In this document: positions 57,929-64,000 of the stretch, piece after piece | Position numbering within the stretch: the stretch's first letter is position 1 | How the letters are laid out: the number at the start of each line of letters is the position of its first letter | Assembly: GCA_963789865.1 (NCBI GenBank) | Contig: CAWBMD010000005.1 | Coordinates: 15,465 to 79,464 of the forward strand | Direction: 5' to 3' | DNA from: an uncultured Chloroflexia bacterium | GTDB taxonomy: Bacteria; Chloroflexota; Limnocylindria; Limnocylindrales; CSP1-4 | Length of the DNA stretch: 64,000 nt | Notes under the pieces: generated by a model | Seen by the model: the letters and a program-made list of their open reading frames with translations, nothing else | Database searches by the model: none | Told to the model about the DNA's origin: nothing | Position numbers and translations under genes: made by a program

Positions 57929-59164
57929 TTGCAGGCCGGCAGGCTGGATCTTGGACTCCGGAGCGAGACGGTGCGTCGCGCGAACCTCAGTGCGATCGTG
58001 CGCGGCCTGCACGAGGACGGCCCGCTGTCCCGCTCGGACCTCGTGATCCAGACCGGGCTCACGCGCAGCGCGATCCGGGGCCTCGTCGGCCAGCTCACCG
58101 ACAGCGGGCTCGCATCCGAGGACCGCGAGGTGCGGCTCGGCACGCCGGGGCGTCCGTCGCCCCTCGTCCGCCTCAATCCCGAAGCGGCCACGGTGCTCGC
58201 CTTCGACGTCTCCGTCGATTCGCTGGCCGCCGCGGTCGTGGGCATCGGGGGCTATGTGCTCGACGAGGCGCGCATCGACCGACCGCGCGGACACTCCTCG
58301 GCTGGGGACATCGCCATGGATCTCGCCGAGCTGGCCACCAGCCTTCGCGACCGGCGGCGTGGCGGAGCGGCCGTCATCGGGATCGCGGTGGCGGTCGCCG
58401 GCGTCGTGCGCAGCCAGGACGGCGTTGTCGCGATGGCCCCGAATCTCGGCTGGACCGACGTTCCCCTCGGGGCAATCCTGTCCCGCGCCCTGGGCACGAC
58501 TGTTCCCGTCTCGGTCGGCAACGAGGCCGACCTCGGCGTGCTCGCCGAGCATCGACGGGGCGCCGCGGTTGGCGTGGACGACGTCCTGTACGTGTCGGGT
58601 GAGGTCGGCGTCGGCGGCGGCCTCATCGTCGGTGGCAGCCCCTGGAACGGCGCTGCAGGTTACGCGGGAGAGATCGGGCACATGCCGGTCAACCCGGCCG
58701 GCCTGCCGTGCCGGTGCGGCTCGACAGGGTGCTGGGAGACCGAGGTCGGTGAAGGGGCGCTCCTCGTCCGGTCGGGACGGCCAAGCGACGCCGGGCGTGC
58801 CGGTGTGGACGAGATCCTGCGCGACGCCGATGCCGGCTCCCCCGCGGCGCTCCGCGCGCTGGACGACGTCGGGCGCTGGCTCGGGGTCGGGCTCGCGTGC
58901 CTCGTCAACGTCCTCAACCCGCAGCTGGTCGTCCTTGGCGGCCAGTTCTCCCGGATCTTCCCCTTCGTCACCGAGGCGATCGAGGCGGAGCTGGACCGCC
59001 TCGCGCTCCAGGCTCCGCGAGGGCTCGTCCGCCTGGTCCCCGCCTCGCTCGGCGTCGATGCCCCGCTGCTCGGTGCGGCGGAGCTCGCGTTCCAGCCCAT
59101 CCTCGCCGACCCCGCCGCGTGGTTCGGATCGCGCCTCGGCTCCCTGCACCTGGCAAGCGCATGA
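57929..59164 (+). CDS. ROK-family transcriptional regulator (XylR/NagC-like)
   Basis: N-terminal wHTH (…LSRSDLVIQTGLTRSAIRGLVGQL…) and ROK sugar-kinase-like domain with the CxCGxxGCxE zinc motif (CRCGSTGCWETE). Confidence 0.85.
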   Translation: MQAGRLDLGLRSETVRRANLSAIVRGLHEDGPLSRSDLVIQTGLTRSAIRGLVGQLTDSGLASEDREVRLGTPGRPSPLVRLNPEAATVLAFDVSVDSLAAAVVGIGGYVLDEARIDRPRGHSSAGDIAMDLAELATSLRDRRRGGAAVIGIAVAVAGVVRSQDGVVAMAPNLGWTDVPLGAILSRALGTTVPVSVGNEADLGVLAEHRRGAAVGVDDVLYVSGEVGVGGGLIVGGSPWNGAAGYAGEIGHMPVNPAGLPCRCGSTGCWETEVGEGALLVRSGRPSDAGRAGVDEILRDADAGSPAALRALDDVGRWLGVGLACLVNVLNPQLVVLGGQFSRIFPFVTEAIEAELDRLALQAPRGLVRLVPASLGVDAPLLGAAELAFQPILADPAAWFGSRLGSLHLASA

Positions 59165-59305
59165 GCCCTCACGACGACTCCCACCAAACACCGTCACGGG
59201 CCGCGTAGCGGCCGTCTATGAAAGGGGATCGCCAACGTTGTAGCCTAGCCACCGGCAATCGGCCGTTGCTCGACGTCGATCGTCGATTCGAGGAGGAAGA
59301 CACAC

Positions 59306-60457
59306 ATGGGTATTCGCAGGCTCGCGACGCTCGCAGGCGTCGCCGCCATCATCGTGAGTGCCTGCTCGGGCAGCACCGCGACAACCGCACCGGCCGCCAC
59401 CGCGGCCCCGGCTGCCACGGCGGCCCCGGCTGCCACTGCGGCCCCGGCCGCGACGGCCGCCCCGGCATCAGCAGCGACCACCGCCTGCAAGGTGGGCGTC
59501 TCGTGGAACAACTACCAGGAGGAGCGCTGGGCCAAGTGGGACGAGCCGGCCATCAAGGCGGCCCTGGCCGCTGGCGGCGCGACCTATGACTCGAACGACG
59601 CCAAGTCGTCTGCGACCACGCAGGCGAGCAACGTCGAGACGCTGATCGCCAACGGCGCGAAGGTCATCATCCTGCTCGCCCAGGACGGGACGGCCATCAA
59701 GCCGGCCGTCACGGCGGCCCTCAACGCCGGAGTCCCGGTCATCGCGTATGACCGGCTGATCGAGGACCCGAAGGTCTTCTACACGACCTTCGACAACGTC
59801 CTCGTCGGCAACATGCAGGCGACCGAGGTCTTCAAGGCCGCCCCGACCGGCACGTACGCCGTCATCAAGGGCAACAAGGCCGACGCCAACGCCGACTTCC
59901 TGCGGTCCGGCATGGACCAGGTCATCAAGTCCGCCGTCGACTCCGGGGCCATCAAGATCCCGGCCGGCAACGAGGTCTACACGGACAACTGGGATCCGAA
60001 GAACGCCCAGACCGAGATGGAGCAGATCCTCACCAAGAACAACAACAAGATTGACGCCGTTCTCTCCGAGAACGACGGCATGGCAGGCGGCGTCATCGCC
60101 GCGCTCGCGGCCCAGGGCCTCGCGGGCAAGGTGCCGGTCTCCGGTCAGGACGGCGACGCTGCCGCCCTCAACCGGGTCGCGCTCGGCACGCAGACGGTCG
60201 ACGTCTGGAAGGACGCCCGGATGCTGGGCAAGACGGCCGGTGAGGCCGCTGTCGCCCTGTGCGCCAACCCTGACACGAGCAAGATTGCCGGCGCGGCGCC
60301 GTTCACCACGCCGGGCGGCAACACCGTCAGCGCGATCCTGCTCAAGCCGGACCCCATCACCAAGGCGAACCTGAAGGACGTCCTGGACGCGGGCTGGATC
60401 ACCAAGGACGTCCTGTGCAAGGACGTCAAGGCCGGAACAGTGGACGTCTGCGGCTGA
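59306..60457 (+). CDS. sugar (xylose-type) ABC transporter substrate-binding lipoprotein
   Basis: Lipoprotein signal …AAIIVSACSGS, Ala/Thr/Pro linker, periplasmic binding protein type-I fold (…KVGVSWNNYQEERW…VIAYDRLI…). SD-like GAGGAGG upstream. Confidence 0.85.
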   Translation: MGIRRLATLAGVAAIIVSACSGSTATTAPAATAAPAATAAPAATAAPAATAAPASAATTACKVGVSWNNYQEERWAKWDEPAIKAALAAGGATYDSNDAKSSATTQASNVETLIANGAKVIILLAQDGTAIKPAVTAALNAGVPVIAYDRLIEDPKVFYTTFDNVLVGNMQATEVFKAAPTGTYAVIKGNKADANADFLRSGMDQVIKSAVDSGAIKIPAGNEVYTDNWDPKNAQTEMEQILTKNNNKIDAVLSENDGMAGGVIAALAAQGLAGKVPVSGQDGDAAALNRVALGTQTVDVWKDARMLGKTAGEAAVALCANPDTSKIAGAAPFTTPGGNTVSAILLKPDPITKANLKDVLDAGWITKDVLCKDVKAGTVDVCG

Positions 60458-60556
60458 GCCGCAGCTGAACCCGGACCCAACAGCGCCCTGGACCGCGGGC
60501 TCGCCCCGGTCCAGGGCGCAACTCAATCACCCTGATCCCACCATGGAGGCGACGCG

Positions 60557-61874
60557 GTGACCGAGGCATCTCCGACCGTGAACAGCCCCGTCCCGGCCCG
60601 ACGGACGCTGGGATCGGTGCTGGCATCCCTGGATGTCGACACCCGCATGCTCGGCATGGTGGGCGCACTCGCGGTCATCTGGGTCGGCTTCGACATCATG
60701 TCCGGCGGCACCTTCCTGACGCCCCGGAACCTGTGGAACCTGTCGGTCCAGAGCTCCGCGGTCGCCATCCTCGCGACCGGCATGGTCATGATCATCGTGT
60801 CGCGCAACATCGACCTCTCCCTCGGGTCGATGGTCGGGCTGCTCGGCTACATCATGGCGATGACCCAGGCGATCTGGATCCCGACCACGCTCGGCCTCGG
60901 GTTCGACCAGCCGTACACGTGGGTGATCGCGCTGGCGATCGGGATCGCCCTTGGCGCCCTGTTCGGCGGCCTGCAGGGATGGATCGTGGCCTACGGCGGC
61001 GTGCCCAGCTTCATCGTCACCCTGGGCGGCTTCCTCGTGTGGCGAGGCCTGATCTTCCGGTTCGACCAGGGACAGACGATCTCCCCGATGGACAAGACCT
61101 TCCAGATCATCGGCGGGGCGCCCGGGGTCGGGTCCGCGGGAGAGACGGTCAGCTGGGTTCTTGCGCTCCTGGCCTGCGGCGCCATCACCTACTCCTTCGT
61201 CGCGTCGCAACGCCGAAAGCGGGCGTACGGGTTCCCCGTGCGGCCGACCTGGGCGCTCGTCACGGTGATCGTCGCGAGCTGCGGTGCGGTCATTGCGGGC
61301 GTCTGGGTTGCCACCCACTACTTCCTGCCGCCCGCCCTCGCGACGAAGTACGCGGCGGACCACGGCATCACGGAGCCGCCCGGAGGGCTGCAGATCCCGG
61401 TCGGGATCTCGTGGCCCGTGCTCATCATGATCGGCGTGACGCATCGTGATGACGATCATCGCGAACCGGCGCCGATTCGGGCGCTACGTGTTCGCGATCG
61501 GCGGCAACCCGGACGCGGCCGAGCTCGGCGGCATCAACGTGCGCCGCACCCTCATGGGCACGTTCGCCCTGATGGGCATCCTGTGTGCGATCAGCTCCGC
61601 CTTCCTGACGGCGCGCCTGAACAGCGCGGTCACCGGTGCCGGCGTCCAGCTGGAGCTGTATGCGATCGCCGCGGCGATCATCGGCGGCACCTCGTTCGCG
61701 GGCGGCATCGGCACGATCCCGGGCGCGGTCCTCGGCGCGGTCGTGATGCAGTCGCTGCAGTCGGGCATGGCCCTCGTCGGGGTGGACTCCCCGACCCAGG
61801 ACGTCATCGTCGGTGTCGTGCTCGTCGGAGCGGTCTGGCTTGACACGGCAGTCCGCCGTCGGACCTCCAAGTGA
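60557..61874 (+). CDS. sugar ABC transporter permease (XylH-like). One apparent frameshift ~61440.
   Basis: Polytopic permease. The N-terminal ~295 aa are in ORF 60557..61843 and the C-terminal …[28 protein letters not shown]…[20 protein letters not shown]… in ORF 61446..61874. Confidence 0.8.
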
Positions 61875-62680
61875 CCAGCGGAGGCGAACACGTGACCATG
61901 GAGCCGGCGGCCGCGATCGTCGAGATGCGCGGGATCTCGGTCGCCTTCGGGGGCGTTCATGCCGTCAAGGACGTGACGATCGACCTGCGTCCGGGCGAGG
62001 TCGTCGGGGTTGTGGGCGGCAACGGAGCGGGCAAGTCCACGCTGATGCGTGTCCTGTCCGGCGCCCACACCGCCGACAGCGGACAGATCCTGATCGAGGG
62101 CAAGCCGGTCACGATCGGCAATCCACGCGACGCCAAGGCGTACGGGATCGAGACGATCTATCAGACGCTGGCCCTCGCGGACAACGTCGACGCGGCCGCG
62201 AACATGTTCCTGGGCCGCGAGCTGACCACCCGCTTCGGGTCGCTGGACGATTCGGCGATGGAGTCGGCCACGCGCAAGGTCATGGGCCGCCTCAACCCGA
62301 ACTTCAAGAACTTCAAGACCGCCGTTCGGTCGCTCTCTGGCGGGCAGCGCCAGTCCGTCGCGATCGCCCGCGCGGTCCATTTCAACGCGCGGATCCTGAT
62401 CATGGACGAGCCCACGGCAGCGCTCGGCCCTGCCGAGACAGCGCAGGTCCGGGACCTGATCCGGCAGCTGAAGGCGGACGGTATCGGGATCTTCCTCATC
62501 AGCCACGACATCCACGACGTGTTCGACCTGTCCGATCGCATCAGCGTCATGTACCACGGCGAGATCGTGGACACGGTGCGGAAGGATGGCGTCACCGCGG
62601 ACGAGGTCCTGGCCATGATCATCATGGGCAAGAAGCCCGGTGAGGTGACCGAGAAGGACCTCGAGCTCCTCCACCCCTGA
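61871..62680 (+). CDS. sugar ABC transporter ATP-binding protein
   Basis: Walker [10 protein letters not shown], signature [14 protein letters not shown], Walker [12 protein letters not shown]-loop ISHD. ATGA overlap with the permease gene. Confidence 0.9.
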   Translation: MTSGGEHVTMEPAAAIVEMRGISVAFGGVHAVKDVTIDLRPGEVVGVVGGNGAGKSTLMRVLSGAHTADSGQILIEGKPVTIGNPRDAKAYGIETIYQTLALADNVDAAANMFLGRELTTRFGSLDDSAMESATRKVMGRLNPNFKNFKTAVRSLSGGQRQSVAIARAVHFNARILIMDEPTAALGPAETAQVRDLIRQLKADGIGIFLISHDIHDVFDLSDRISVMYHGEIVDTVRKDGVTADEVLAMIIMGKKPGEVTEKDLELLHP

Positions 62681-62742
62681 GACGCCCCGCGGAGCCGCGA
62701 CGCGCCCCGCGCCCGCCGATCCTCGTCGCCGGTTGTCGGACG

Positions 62743-64000
62743 TCACATCCGGTGGAAGGACGGAGCCAGCGCCGGGTACAGGCCACGGTAGACGTCGTGG
62801 CCAGCCGCGTAACGGCCCGCGTCTGGTCCCGGCGCCGCCACCGGGGTCGCCGTCACGAGTGACGCGGCGGCCGCCTCGACCGTCGGGAACCATCCGGCCC
62901 CGACCGCGGCGAGCAACGCGGCCCCGTATGCAGCACCCTCCGTCGTGTTGACGGTCGCGATCTCGGCATCGAGGACGTCGGCAAGGATCTGCCGCCACAG
63001 CGGGCTCGCCGTGCCGCCGCCCGAGGCGCGGATCTGGTCGGGCGCCGGCATCCCGGCGGCAACCATGGCGTCGAGGCCGTCCCGGAGCCCGTAGGCGACG
63101 CCCTCGAGCACGGCCCGCGTCATGTGGCGGCGGTCGTGGGCCAGTGTGAGCCCGACGAACGCCCCCCTCGCGAGCGGGTCGGGATACGGGCTGCGCTCTC
63201 CGCTGAGGTACGGCAGGAACAGCAGCCCGCCGCTTCCGGCGGGAACGGCCGCGGCCGTTGCCACGAGGTCGTCGAACGGGACTCCGGGTGCCAGCGCGTC
63301 ACGGAACCACCGCAGGCTGCCGGCCGCGGAGAGCATCACCGACATGAAGTGCCAGCGGCCGGGCACCGCGTGACAGAACGCGTGCACCCGGCCCGCCGGT
63401 TCGTAGAGCGGGGCATCGGTCGTCGCGAACACCACCCCGGACGTTCCCAGCGAGAGCGCCATCCGGCCCGGCACCACCGCGCCGACGCCCACCGCATTGG
63501 CCGCCTGGTCCCCGCCGCCCGCGACGACGGGCGTGCCGGCGCGCAGCCCGGTGGCGGCCGCCGCCCCGGTGGTGACGACGCCCGTCACCTCGGGACCCTC
63601 GAAGGTCGGCGGGAGCCAGGCGCGCGGGATCTCCAGCACCTGGAGCACCTCGTCCGACCAGTCGCGCGCCGCCAGGTCGAACAGCAGGGTGCCCGCCCCA
63701 TCGGCCTTGTCGAGGGCGTGGTCGCCCGTCAGTCGCAGGCGGACGTAGTCCTTCGGGAGGAGCACATGGGCGGCCCGTGCCCAGGCCTCGGGCTCGTGGT
63801 CCCGGACCCAGACGAGCTTGGGAGCCGTGAACCCCGTGAGGGCATCGTTGCCCGTGATCCGGATGAGCCGCTCCGGCCCGAGCGCTTCGCGGATCAGGTC
63901 GCACTCCGCAGCCGTCCTCTGGTCGTTCCAGAGGATGGCTGGCCGGACCACCTGGTCGGCCTCGTCCAGCAGCACGAGGCCGTGCATCTGCCCCGTCAGG
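62743..64000 (-). CDS. xylB: xylulokinase (FGGY family). Partial: N-terminus beyond the window end.
   Basis: …LLDEADQVVRPAILWNDQRT…, …LSLGTSGVVF…, …GGGDQAANAVG…, …ASGGGTASPLWRQILADVL…. Confidence 0.85.
   Translation of the reverse strand, partial: LTGQMHGLVLLDEADQVVRPAILWNDQRTAAECDLIREALGPERLIRITGNDALTGFTAPKLVWVRDHEPEAWARAAHVLLPKDYVRLRLTGDHALDKADGAGTLLFDLAARDWSDEVLQVLEIPRAWLPPTFEGPEVTGVVTTGAAAATGLRAGTPVVAGGGDQAANAVGVGAVVPGRMALSLGTSGVVFATTDAPLYEPAGRVHAFCHAVPGRWHFMSVMLSAAGSLRWFRDALAPGVPFDDLVATAAAVPAGSGGLLFLPYLSGERSPYPDPLARGAFVGLTLAHDRRHMTRAVLEGVAYGLRDGLDAMVAAGMPAPDQIRASGGGTASPLWRQILADVLDAEIATVNTTEGAAYGAALLAAVGAGWFPTVEAAAASLVTATPVAAPGPDAGRYAAGHDVYRGLYPALAPSFHRM

Noticed and set aside
1-64000. 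CRISPR arrays, IS elements, integrases, prophage genes, rRNA/tRNA
   Set aside because: No repeat-spacer periodicity, transposase or integrase motifs, or cloverleaf-like conserved tRNA sequences were seen in the intergenic regions inspected. This is by eye only; tRNAscan/Infernal would be decisive.

Overview
High-GC (~70%+) chromosomal segment of actinobacterial character: GTG/TTG starts, the rnj-ftsK-cinA and rpsO-pnp synteny, DUF2252, CRTAC1 and vanadium haloperoxidase genes. I can support about 58 protein-coding genes. Reading the intergenic regions by eye, I found no rRNA, tRNA, CRISPR array, transposase or integrase.

The window mixes housekeeping genes (asd, family-4 UDG, RNase J, FtsK, RodZ-like, CinA, Mur ligase, YajQ, PNPase, rpsO, glgC) with accessory modules. 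These include an AmmeMemoRadiSam three-gene system, an ECF transporter operon, a CDF transporter, a two-component system beside an ABC exporter, a GH18 lipoprotein and a VanW protein, a CRTAC1 / vanadium haloperoxidase pair, and a ROK-regulated xylose-type ABC transporter with xylulokinase.

The most unusual observations are:
- a PNPase carrying a complete DEDDh (DnaQ-like) 3'-5' exonuclease domain inserted where the alpha-helical linker domain normally sits;
- a small MoaD/ThiS-like protein ending in Gly-Gly, beside a protein with a duplicated CPxC…FCxH motif, a SAM methyltransferase and a ~700-bp gene-free stretch;
- a ThDP enzyme with a ~150-aa acidic repeat extension at its N-terminus;
- several perfect micro-tandem duplications in intergenic DNA.

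At least 15 genes can only be reconstructed by joining two or three reading frames. Because these include core genes (pnp, a response regulator, the xyl permease), pervasive indel errors in the assembly are more plausible than mass pseudogenisation.
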